Both the position numbers and the translations under genes were made by a program. The notes under the pieces are model-generated. The model worked only from the letters and a program-made list of their open reading frames with translations. It made no database searches and had not been told where the DNA came from. From Eubacteriales bacterium (GTDB lineage Bacteria > Bacillota > Clostridia > Oscillospirales > CAG-272), in contig JBBAEK010000006.1 of assembly GCA_041655935.1 (NCBI GenBank), positions 3,390-67,389 of the forward strand: DNA of 64,000 bases. The letters run 5' to 3'. This document shows, piece by piece, positions 10,365 through 17,923 of the stretch (within the stretch, counting starts at the first letter, position 1; every line of letters starts with the position of its first letter).

Positions 10365-11695
10365 TAAAAGAGGGAGCTGATGAGAGACCTGTTTTCGATG
10401 TATTTTGCCAGGTCCCCCTCTTCCAGTTGGTAGCCCTCCAGCGGCTGGACAGCGGCATCCTTGCCCGTGGAGAGTGTGATGTTGATAAATACCCTTTTTT
10501 CCTTGTTGTCCTCTCCCTGCAGTAGCAGGTAGGGACGCTTGTTGTCGTCATAGAAAATACACTTGGTGGGCACAATCAGCGTGTTTCGGATGACCGATTT
10601 CTGGATGGTCAGCGTGATTGAGTAGTTGTGTACCAGCTCCTGTTGGGTCAGATTATCCTTGAGTCCCACGCCGAGCGCCCGCACGGCGTCCTGGTCCAGC
10701 GAGGGGTCATAGTAGGTAAAGTCCCCATAGGGATTTTCCTCGCTGAGCCCTTCCAAATTCGCAAAAACCAGCCCCGCTTGCAGTGTATAGTAGGAAACCC
10801 CCGACATATTTTCGGTTTTTTGCACCGACAGCACCTCGGCGATCAGCTTACGGCCACCGAGCGCATTGACCGCCACGGCGGCATAGACCGTCTCCCCTTG
10901 GTTCATGCGCGCATTGATATCGGCATAGTCGTATTCCGATATCGTAAAGAGGGTGGTGAGGTAGCGGAAGGACAGGCTGAACAGGGTGCTGCCCAGCGTG
11001 AGCATGTCCCCCTCCCGGTAGGTGAGCTTGGACAGCTGGTATGCCTGTCCCCCGGCCAAAGGCACCGCTTGCTCCAGCAGTGTCTTGGGGTAGTTGGTGG
11101 TGACGGTAAAGGCAGCCTCATCATCCTCCCGCAAAAACTCGGACGGAATATGTTCGTGCTCAATATTCCCGGTCTGCTCGTTCAGCAGCACCGTGAAGAT
11201 AAAGGCCAGTAACGTCTCTGCCTCGGTCTCCCCCGCCGCCTGCTGCGCCTCATACGCCGCTACCAAGGCGGCAAAGTCAAAGTAAACGGGCACCAGCGTA
11301 ACCAACTCTATGGCGGGCAGGTCGGTGCGGTAGCTCATCGCCCGCTCGGACAGGGACTCATTGACCGCACTCACCCGGTAGGCAATCGGCTGCGGCTGCT
11401 CACTGAACAAAATCGTTGCCCAGTTGACCTCGTATCCCCGCTCCGAGACCTCCTCCATGTTTTCAATCCCATACACATAGGCGGCAAGCGGCACCTCACT
11501 TCCCCGGCTCATCTCATACACCACACCGGTGGCGGAAATGTTGCTGTACAGGGTGCCATAGGCGACCGACGCCCACTCCACCCGCCCCTCCGAGCCGGGA
11601 TCCGACAGGTAGATCACCGTGACCACCAGTGCCGACACCAACAGCAAGGCAAGCACCGTGGTGAGAATTCTTTTGCGGGTCTTGTGCTGCGTCAT
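10364..11695 (-). CDS. Putative HlyD-family periplasmic adaptor with an atypical central insert
   Basis: An N-terminal TM helix is followed by ASVAYGTLYSNISATGVV, an adaptor-like start. The C-terminal beta-barrel-like tail reads IRNTLIVPTKCIFYDDNKRPYLLLQ. The gene overlaps the ATPase start by 1 nt. I could not recognise an obvious heptad coiled-coil hairpin by eye. Confidence 0.65.
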   Translation of the reverse strand: MTQHKTRKRILTTVLALLLVSALVVTVIYLSDPGSEGRVEWASVAYGTLYSNISATGVVYEMSRGSEVPLAAYVYGIENMEEVSERGYEVNWATILFSEQPQPIAYRVSAVNESLSERAMSYRTDLPAIELVTLVPVYFDFAALVAAYEAQQAAGETEAETLLAFIFTVLLNEQTGNIEHEHIPSEFLREDDEAAFTVTTNYPKTLLEQAVPLAGGQAYQLSKLTYREGDMLTLGSTLFSLSFRYLTTLFTISEYDYADINARMNQGETVYAAVAVNALGGRKLIAEVLSVQKTENMSGVSYYTLQAGLVFANLEGLSEENPYGDFTYYDPSLDQDAVRALGVGLKDNLTQQELVHNYSITLTIQKSVIRNTLIVPTKCIFYDDNKRPYLLLQGEDNKEKRVFINITLSTGKDAAVQPLEGYQLEEGDLAKYIENRSLISSLF

Positions 11696-11738
11696 ATGAC
11701 TCTCCTTTTGGGCGTGTTGGCCCTCATTTGCTACGTTC

Positions 11739-11767
11739 AGTATAATACAATTGACGAGCTACGTCAA
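11739..11767 (-). promoter_or_regulatory. Sigma-A type promoter for the adaptor/ABC operon
   Basis: On the minus strand: TTGACG, a 17-nt spacer, then TATACT. Confidence 0.5.
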
Positions 11768-11829
11768 ATCCTTTTTCGGAAACAGAAAAAGCTCCCCCGC
11801 CCGCCTGTCAAGGTGGCGGGATGGTACGC

Positions 11830-13203
11830 TCAATACGCATTCACGCTGGCGGCGTCCACCACGATCTCCACCTCCACCGGTGTATTACCTCGCAACAGAT
11901 GCAGCGTGACGGTATCTCCCACGCGGGCATTCAGCATGGCGTCCACCACGACAAAGGTCCTGCTCACCTCATAGGTGCACCCCCGCAGCTCCAGTGAGAC
12001 AATCACATCCCCCGCCTGCAGTTTGCCCTCCGCCAGGCTGCCCGGCGCGACACTGCTCACCTCTACCCTTTCCACCACCCGCGCCATGCCGCTCGAGGGG
12101 TCATAGACTGCCTTGGAGCCACCGACCTCCACGCTCACCCCCAGCATACAGCGCTGCAAGGTGTTCAGTGTCCCGTCCGCACAGTGGTCAATGATGTTTT
12201 GCGCCACATTCACCGCAATATTGGCGGGGATGGCATACCCGATATTTTCGGTTTCGGCATCCACCATTTTGGCGTTGACAATGCCGATTAGCTGCCCCTG
12301 TGCGCTAAACAACCCGCCCCCGCTGTTGCCGAAGTTGATCGGGGTGTCCACACGGATCACCCGTTGGGTCACCACCGCCCGCTCATCGGGAGAGATCATG
12401 GTGATGTACTCCGAGTCCACGCAGACAATCCCCGAGGTAGCGGAAATCCCCTGTGCCTCCGGGTTGCCGATGGCGATGGCGGTTTGGCCCGCCGCCACCC
12501 CGTTTGAGTCGGCCGGCTCGACCGCGCACGCGTCACTGCCCGCCAGAATACTGCTGTCTTTCACCCGCAACACGGCGATGTCATAGTACATCGACCCCCC
12601 GACATATTCCACCTCAATCTGATAGGGTTCATATTCCATGCCGTACAGGTATATGTATATCTCGTCGCTGATGCCGTCCGGCGTGTCGCTGTCCGGGTGA
12701 TACACCACATGGTAGTTGGTGATGATATACGCGTCGCCGCTCGCCTTGTCCAATTGGTAGATGGCCCCCGACCCGGCAGCGCTTTCCTGCTCGGTGAAGG
12801 TATGGCTCCCGATGCGGTAGGTGACGTCGAAGTCAGCATAGATGCTGACGCAGGACAGAATGGCTTTTCCCAGCGCCGCCTGCCCCGCCTCCGCCTGAAT
12901 GGTGATATCGTATTGCTGAATGGTGGGACTGAGCGAGTCAATGAAGTCCTGTTCGGACCCCGTATTGCCAAGTCCGAGCCAGATGTCATAAGCAGACGCC
13001 CCCCGCAGGGCGGCGTACCATTCCTCCTCGCTTCCCTCAAATCCGCTTTGCACCGCGAGCTGATAGGGCGAGAGCACCCCGACGTCCGATGTCGTCGTGG
13101 TGGCGTCAAACTCCATCACACACCCACTCAGTCCCGAAAGTGACACACAGAGCAGCAACGACAGGCAAAACATCGCCGCCCGATACCCAAAGCGCTGTTT
13201 CAT
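11830..13203 (-). CDS. Trypsin-like serine protease (HtrA/DegP-like) lipoprotein with a C-terminal PDZ-like region
   Basis: The catalytic serine motif is GNSGGGLF and the histidine region is ITNYHVV. A lipobox is present (LSGLSGCV). I trimmed the start to MKQRFGY (ATG at 13203), which follows AGAAGGAGA. Confidence 0.85.
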   Translation of the reverse strand: MKQRFGYRAAMFCLSLLLCVSLSGLSGCVMEFDATTTTSDVGVLSPYQLAVQSGFEGSEEEWYAALRGASAYDIWLGLGNTGSEQDFIDSLSPTIQQYDITIQAEAGQAALGKAILSCVSIYADFDVTYRIGSHTFTEQESAAGSGAIYQLDKASGDAYIITNYHVVYHPDSDTPDGISDEIYIYLYGMEYEPYQIEVEYVGGSMYYDIAVLRVKDSSILAGSDACAVEPADSNGVAAGQTAIAIGNPEAQGISATSGIVCVDSEYITMISPDERAVVTQRVIRVDTPINFGNSGGGLFSAQGQLIGIVNAKMVDAETENIGYAIPANIAVNVAQNIIDHCADGTLNTLQRCMLGVSVEVGGSKAVYDPSSGMARVVERVEVSSVAPGSLAEGKLQAGDVIVSLELRGCTYEVSRTFVVVDAMLNARVGDTVTLHLLRGNTPVEVEIVVDAASVNAY

Positions 13204-13342
13204 GGTAACCGTCTCCTTCTGTTTTTCATTCTGCATACCGCCCTCACGCGCCATATGCCGGTTTGTTCCCTTTATTCTACCCCTTATTTGTGAGAAAAAT
13301 ATGAATTTTTGACCGCTCGACCGTAAATGCTTTGAAAAAACA

Positions 13343-13371
13343 TTGACAAACCACCCCCCCGGTGGTATACT
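13343..13371 (+). promoter_or_regulatory. Consensus sigma-A promoter driving the T-box leader
   Basis: TTGACA (13343-13348), a 17-nt spacer, then TGGTATACT (-10 hexamer at 13366-13371). Confidence 0.65.
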
Positions 13372-13380
13372 GTACGCACA

Positions 13381-13637
13381 TGCGATGATCGGAAACAAGT
13401 AGTCCGGCAAACCTTTTGCAGAGACGCTGCGGCAGGTGCGAGCAGCGAAAGAGTGGCCGGTATGAATACCTTCCGGGAGCAGCGCACCGAAAGGCCGCGA
13501 GTAGGCTGCGACGGCGACGCCCGTTATGCGTCGGGGTCATCACCTGACCCGTCAAGGCCGTCTGTCGCGAGACAGCGGTAAATTGAGGTGGTAACACGGC
13601 CACGGTCGTCCTCTGCGATGCCAGAGGACTTTTTTTA
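13381..13637 (+). promoter_or_regulatory. T-box leader (tRNA-sensing transcription attenuator)
   Basis: The Stem I base is TGCGATGA...AAGTAG and the distal elements are GCAGAGAC...GGCAGGTGCGAGC. The candidate specifier loop is CCGAAAGGCCGCGAGTAG. The T-box sequence is AATTGAGGTGGTAACACGG (13581-13599). The terminator pairs GTCCTCTG (13608-13615) with CAGAGGAC (13622-13629) and is followed by T7. Confidence 0.8.
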
Positions 13638-13669
13638 TTGCCCAAAGCCAGTCTGAAAGGATGTCCAGC

Positions 13670-15301
13670 ATGCCCATCACCGAATTTCTGCGAACCAACG
13701 CCGCCCGGTACCCCGACGAGGTTGCCTTGGTGGAGATCAACCCCACCGACCGGCCCGCCGCCCCCCAGGCATGGCGGGAGTTTCAGCTCATCGAGCCCGC
13801 CCGCGCCGACAGCTACCGGCGCACCCTGACCTGGGCGCAGTTTGACCGCGTGGCCAACCAAGTCGCCCATATGCTCCAGGCTCACGGGGTCAAACCCGGC
13901 GAAAAAGTCGCCATTTTGCTTATGAACTGCCTGGAATGGCTCCCCCTGTATTTCGGCGTGTTGCGCGCGGGTGCCATCGTGGTGCCCATGAACTATCGCT
14001 ACACCGCCGAGGAGATTCAATACTGTCTGGAGCTGGCAGATGTCAGTCTGCTGGTCTTCGGGCCCGAGTTCACCACCCGCATCGAGCAGGTCCTGCCCAA
14101 GCTGCGGGTACGGGAATTTTTCTTTGTGGGCGAGCCCCGCCCCGCCTTTGCCGGGTCGCTTTCGGAGGCAGACAGCTTCCCCGCCGCCCCGCCCGCCCTC
14201 CCCTTGCGGGATGAGGACGACGCCGCCATCTACTTTTCCTCCGGCACCACCGGCTTTCCCAAAGCCATCTTACATACTCATGCTGCCCTGGTCTCCTCCT
14301 GCCTCACCGAGCAGCACCACCACGGCCAGTGCCATGAGGACGTCTTTTTGTGCATCCCCCCGCTCTACCATACCGGCGCCAAAATGCACTGGTTCGGCAG
14401 TCTGCTCTCGGGCAGCCGCGCGGTGTTGCTGCGCGGGGTGAGGCCCGAGTGGATCTTACAGACAGTCAGTGCGGAGCACGTCACCATTGTCTGGCTGCTG
14501 GTGCCGTGGGCACAGGACATCCTTGACGCCATCGAGCGGGGCGAGCTCAAGCCGGAGCAGTACCGCCTCTCCCAGTGGCGGCTGATGCATATCGGCGCCC
14601 AGCCCGTCCCCCCCTCTCTGGTCAAGCGCTGGCTGACCTGCTTCCCCCACCATCAGTATGACACCAATTATGGCCTTTCCGAGTCCATCGGTCCCGGCTG
14701 TGTGCATCTCGGGGTGGAGAACATTGACCATGTCGGTGCCATTGGCAAGGCGGGCTATCTCTGGCAGACCAAAATCATTGACGAACAGGGAGCCCCGGTG
14801 AAGCAGGGGCAGGTCGGTGAGCTGGCGGTCAAGGGGCCCGGCGTGATGAAAGAATACTACAAAAACCCCGAGGCGACCGCCGCCATCCTAAAGGAGGACG
14901 GCTGGTTGCTGACCGGCGATATGGCGCGCGAGGACGAGCAGGGCTTCATTTACCTGGTAGACCGCAAGAAGGATGTCATCATCTCCGGGGGCGAGAATAT
15001 TTACCCCGTTCAGATCGAGGACTTCCTGCGCGCCCACCCGCACATCAAGGATGTGGCGGTCATCGGACTGCCCGAGTCGCGGCTGGGCGAGATCACCGCC
15101 GCCATCATCTCCTGCAAGGACGGGTGCAGCCTGACCGAAGCGGAAGTACAGTCCTTCTGCGAAGGCCTCCCCCGCTACAAGCGGCCAAGAAAGGTCATTT
15201 TTGCCGAGGTTCCCCGCAATCCTACCGGCAAGATTGAAAAACCAAAGCTCCGCGAGATCTACTGCGGTGTCCGCCTGGTGGAAGCGCAGACCACCAAGTA
15301 A
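13670..15301 (+). CDS. AMP-dependent synthetase/ligase (acyl-CoA-synthetase-like adenylate-forming enzyme)
   Basis: The AMP-binding motifs are YFSSGTTGFPKA, YGLSES, LTGDMA and ISGGENIYP, with the C-terminal lysine in PTGKIEK. I prefer the ATG at 13670 (GAAAGGA, 8 nt, ATG) over 13661. Confidence 0.9.
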   Translation: MPITEFLRTNAARYPDEVALVEINPTDRPAAPQAWREFQLIEPARADSYRRTLTWAQFDRVANQVAHMLQAHGVKPGEKVAILLMNCLEWLPLYFGVLRAGAIVVPMNYRYTAEEIQYCLELADVSLLVFGPEFTTRIEQVLPKLRVREFFFVGEPRPAFAGSLSEADSFPAAPPALPLRDEDDAAIYFSSGTTGFPKAILHTHAALVSSCLTEQHHHGQCHEDVFLCIPPLYHTGAKMHWFGSLLSGSRAVLLRGVRPEWILQTVSAEHVTIVWLLVPWAQDILDAIERGELKPEQYRLSQWRLMHIGAQPVPPSLVKRWLTCFPHHQYDTNYGLSESIGPGCVHLGVENIDHVGAIGKAGYLWQTKIIDEQGAPVKQGQVGELAVKGPGVMKEYYKNPEATAAILKEDGWLLTGDMAREDEQGFIYLVDRKKDVIISGGENIYPVQIEDFLRAHPHIKDVAVIGLPESRLGEITAAIISCKDGCSLTEAEVQSFCEGLPRYKRPRKVIFAEVPRNPTGKIEKPKLREIYCGVRLVEAQTTK

Positions 15302-15340
15302 TCCCCCGTCAAACCCAGGCACCGCGAGCCGGTGCCCCCC

Positions 15341-15388
15341 AAAAGAACGCTGCCCAAGCCATCGTCAGGCTTGGGCAGCGTTCTTTTA
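15341..15388. terminator. Bidirectional rho-independent terminator between convergent genes
   Basis: An 18-bp stem pairs AAGAACGCTGCCCAAGCC (15343-15360) with GGCTTGGGCAGCGTTCTT (15368-15385). T or A runs flank it on both sides. Confidence 0.7.
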
Positions 15389-15922
15389 CGGAATATAGAC
15401 CTTTTGCTTGCGCAGTATTTGTACCCACGGGGGAATGACGAGCAGTTGCAGGATGATCCCCGGGAGCGCAGTGACAAACGCGCCGGCCACAAAGGCGTTC
15501 ATGCCAAACGACCCGCCCCGAAAGCCGAAAATGATGGCCGACACCACCCCCCACAGCACACGCCCTGCCAGCATGGCGGCCAGCAGTACCAGATAGGTGT
15601 TGAGCAAGTTCTTTTTCGTCACCTGCCGAAAGAGGTAGCCCGCCACCAGCCCATACACCGCCAGCTCAAAGGCCATCGCCAGCCCGACAGGCATAATGGG
15701 CGGCATGCCCGCGATCAAAAAGCGCAACAGCGGCGCGGTAAAGCCCACCGCCGCCCCCCAGCTACCCCCGCAGATAAAGCCGCAGAGCAGCACGGGGATG
15801 TGCATGGGCAGGAACATCTGCCCCACCTGTTGCAGTTGCCCTGTGAGGTAGGGCAGCACCAGTGCCAGCGCCAAAAACAGCCCTGACATACAAATTTGCA
15901 GTACTCTTGTTTGTTGTTTCAT
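15386..15922 (-). CDS. ECF-transporter S (substrate-capture) component, substrate unknown
   Basis: This is a small polytopic membrane protein with FLPMHIPVLLCGFICG, typical of ECF S units. I trimmed the start to MKQQTRV (ATG at 15922), which follows GGAGAAAGAA. No ECF A or T genes are nearby. Confidence 0.75.
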   Translation of the reverse strand: MKQQTRVLQICMSGLFLALALVLPYLTGQLQQVGQMFLPMHIPVLLCGFICGGSWGAAVGFTAPLLRFLIAGMPPIMPVGLAMAFELAVYGLVAGYLFRQVTKKNLLNTYLVLLAAMLAGRVLWGVVSAIIFGFRGGSFGMNAFVAGAFVTALPGIILQLLVIPPWVQILRKQKVYIP

Positions 15923-16118
15923 TTCTTTCTCCTTCTGTCTGTCAATGAATCTACACGGGCATGCCGCAAAGGGCCTATCCCGCCTCATAAAACCCTGTTT
16001 TTAGGGTATCATAATGGATGACCGCACACCGCCGCCCTCGGCGGGGGTGCGCAGCACTCTTTTGACAGGCAACGGCACACTCTGTGAAAAATATACGGTA
16101 AGAGAAAGGAATGTTCCG

Positions 16119-16805
16119 ATGATCGCTATCTTCTTCCGCGCCCTGATCATCTACATAACACTCATGCTGACTTTGCGTTTCATGGGCAAACGGCAGGTGG
16201 GTGAACTGGAGATGTCAGACCTGATCGGTTCACTCCTGCTGTCCGAGATCGCTGCCATGCCGATCGACGATCCGGATATCCCTTTGCTGTATGCGCTCAT
16301 TCCCATTTTATTCATTATGTCCATGGAAATCATCATCACATTCAGCAAAACGAAACTCAATTTCCTCAAAAAAATCTTTGAAAGCCACCCCATTTTCATC
16401 ATCGAACAGGGGGTGATTCGGGAGGATCAAATGCGGCGCATGCGCATTTCGGTCGAAGAGCTGCTCAGCGAGTGCCGCCAGCAGGGCGTCGTCAACCTGT
16501 CGGATGTCCGCTATGCCATCCTCGAGCAGAACGGCAAGTTTTCCATCATCCCGAACGCCTCCAAGGCACCGGCGACCCCCGCCGACCTCGGTATCAAATC
16601 GGTAGATGTGGGGATCATGCACTCGGTCATCCTGGACGGCACCATTGAAAAGAACGCACTCGCCAAAACCGGCTACACCGAAACGCAGCTCCACGAGTTG
16701 TGCGCCCGGTACCGCTGTGCCGTCGGTGACATTTTTGTGCTGGGCATTGACGACTTAGGGCACATCACGGTGGTCAAGAAGAAAACCGAGCGGGAGGACA
16801 CATGA
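16119..16805 (+). CDS. DUF421 (YetF-like) membrane protein
   Basis: The sequence MIAIFFRALIIYITLMLTLRFMGKRQVGELEMSDL is a typical YetF-family N-terminus. I trimmed the start to the ATG at 16119, which follows AGAGAAAGGA. Confidence 0.8.
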   Translation: MIAIFFRALIIYITLMLTLRFMGKRQVGELEMSDLIGSLLLSEIAAMPIDDPDIPLLYALIPILFIMSMEIIITFSKTKLNFLKKIFESHPIFIIEQGVIREDQMRRMRISVEELLSECRQQGVVNLSDVRYAILEQNGKFSIIPNASKAPATPADLGIKSVDVGIMHSVILDGTIEKNALAKTGYTETQLHELCARYRCAVGDIFVLGIDDLGHITVVKKKTEREDT

Positions 16806-17197
16806 AAACCTTTATCATTACCCTCTCCCTGCTGGCGGTGTTGGTCGGTTTCGTATTTGTCAACGCCCACCTCGTGGTGCGGCAGATCAGCGAGACGGCC
16901 ACCGCCGTCGCCGCGCTCCCCCTGCCCGAAAAGCCGGAAGATCCCGCCCGGGCAGACCTGTCAGGGCAAGGCGAGCAAGTCAGAGGCATCCACCAAAGCT
17001 GGCAGGAAAAACTACGCTATATCTCCCTGACCGTCAACCACCACGACCTCATGCAGGTGCAGGATCAGTTCGCCGCGCTCATGGGTGCCTGTGAGGCCGG
17101 CAATTACACCGACTATATCCTCACCCTTTCCATGTTACAGAGCGGCCTTTCCCACCTGAGGGAACAGTCGCTTTGCTCGCTTGGAAACATTTTCTGA
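16802..17197 (+). CDS. DUF4363-like small membrane-anchored protein
   Basis: The gene overlaps the DUF421 gene by 4 nt (the usual DUF421-DUF4363 pairing in Clostridia) and has an N-terminal TM helix. Confidence 0.6.
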   Translation: MKTFIITLSLLAVLVGFVFVNAHLVVRQISETATAVAALPLPEKPEDPARADLSGQGEQVRGIHQSWQEKLRYISLTVNHHDLMQVQDQFAALMGACEAGNYTDYILTLSMLQSGLSHLREQSLCSLGNIF

Positions 17198-17218
17198 CCC
17201 GCCCCCGCGGACAACCCC

Positions 17219-17923
17219 TCATCGAAAGGGCTGCATGTCCTCCGCAAACACCCCCGTGCGGCAGATGGTGTGTCCCTGCGCTGCTCCCTCCGCAATGCCG
17301 CACGCGCTTTTCAGCGCTCCGAGCACATATTCCGGGTTGAGGAAGGAGGCCTGCTGTGCCGACAGCACCAATCGCAACGCCAGACAGTCCGCCGCGGGAT
17401 CGTATCGGCACGCCGCTTCTTTAATCTGCGGCCTGATATTGCTTTCCCGCTCCCCGCTCTTGGTTTTTTTCAGCACCATAATGACCGGGGAGGCCAAAAA
17501 ATCCTGACAGGCAGCCGCCAGCCCGTCGCTCGCCCCGTCGGTGAACACCTGTACCTCATAGCCTATCCAGGCCAGCGCGCTGAGCTTGGTCTCGGGGACA
17601 TACAGCTCGGTCACGGCCATGTGTACGGGCAAGTTCTCCCGCAGCGCCGCCACCGCCCTTTCCGGGTCAACCGGGCGGGTCAGGCGCACATCCACTAGCT
17701 CGCACTCACTGCTCACCCCCACCGACAGGGGCGCCGCCACCGAAATTTTGGGGATGGGGTTGTACCCCATCGAGTACCACAGGGGCAGACCCGCGCGCAC
17801 CAGCGCCTTTTGCAGGGTGCGCAAAAAATCCAAGTGTGAGATGAATTGCAGCGGCCCCGCCTTGCGCATGCGCAGCCGCACCCAAACCGGCGTTTGCGCC
17901 CCTCCGTTCATGCTCGGCACCAT
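17219..17923 (-). CDS. Radical-SAM-linked protein (TIGR03936/DUF2344 family)
   Basis: The sequence RKAGPLQFISHLDFLRTLQKALVRAGLPLWYSMGYNPIPKISVAAPL is present. The gene overlaps the 3' end of the upstream radical SAM gene. Confidence 0.85.
   Translation of the reverse strand: MVPSMNGGAQTPVWVRLRMRKAGPLQFISHLDFLRTLQKALVRAGLPLWYSMGYNPIPKISVAAPLSVGVSSECELVDVRLTRPVDPERAVAALRENLPVHMAVTELYVPETKLSALAWIGYEVQVFTDGASDGLAAACQDFLASPVIMVLKKTKSGERESNIRPQIKEAACRYDPAADCLALRLVLSAQQASFLNPEYVLGALKSACGIAEGAAQGHTICRTGVFAEDMQPFR

Noticed and set aside
13277-14020. A 247-aa minus-strand ORF.
   Set aside because: It runs antisense through the promoter, the T-box leader and the 5' end of the adenylating-enzyme gene. 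It has no RBS and a low-complexity translation.
15923-16118. A possible riboswitch in the leader of the ECF S-component gene, plus the GC-rich hairpin CGCACACCGCCGCC-CTC-GGCGGGGGTGCG.
   Set aside because: I found no match to the TPP, FMN, THF, preQ1, cobalamin or other vitamin-riboswitch cores I know. The hairpin sits between divergent genes without a T-tract. It is left unannotated.
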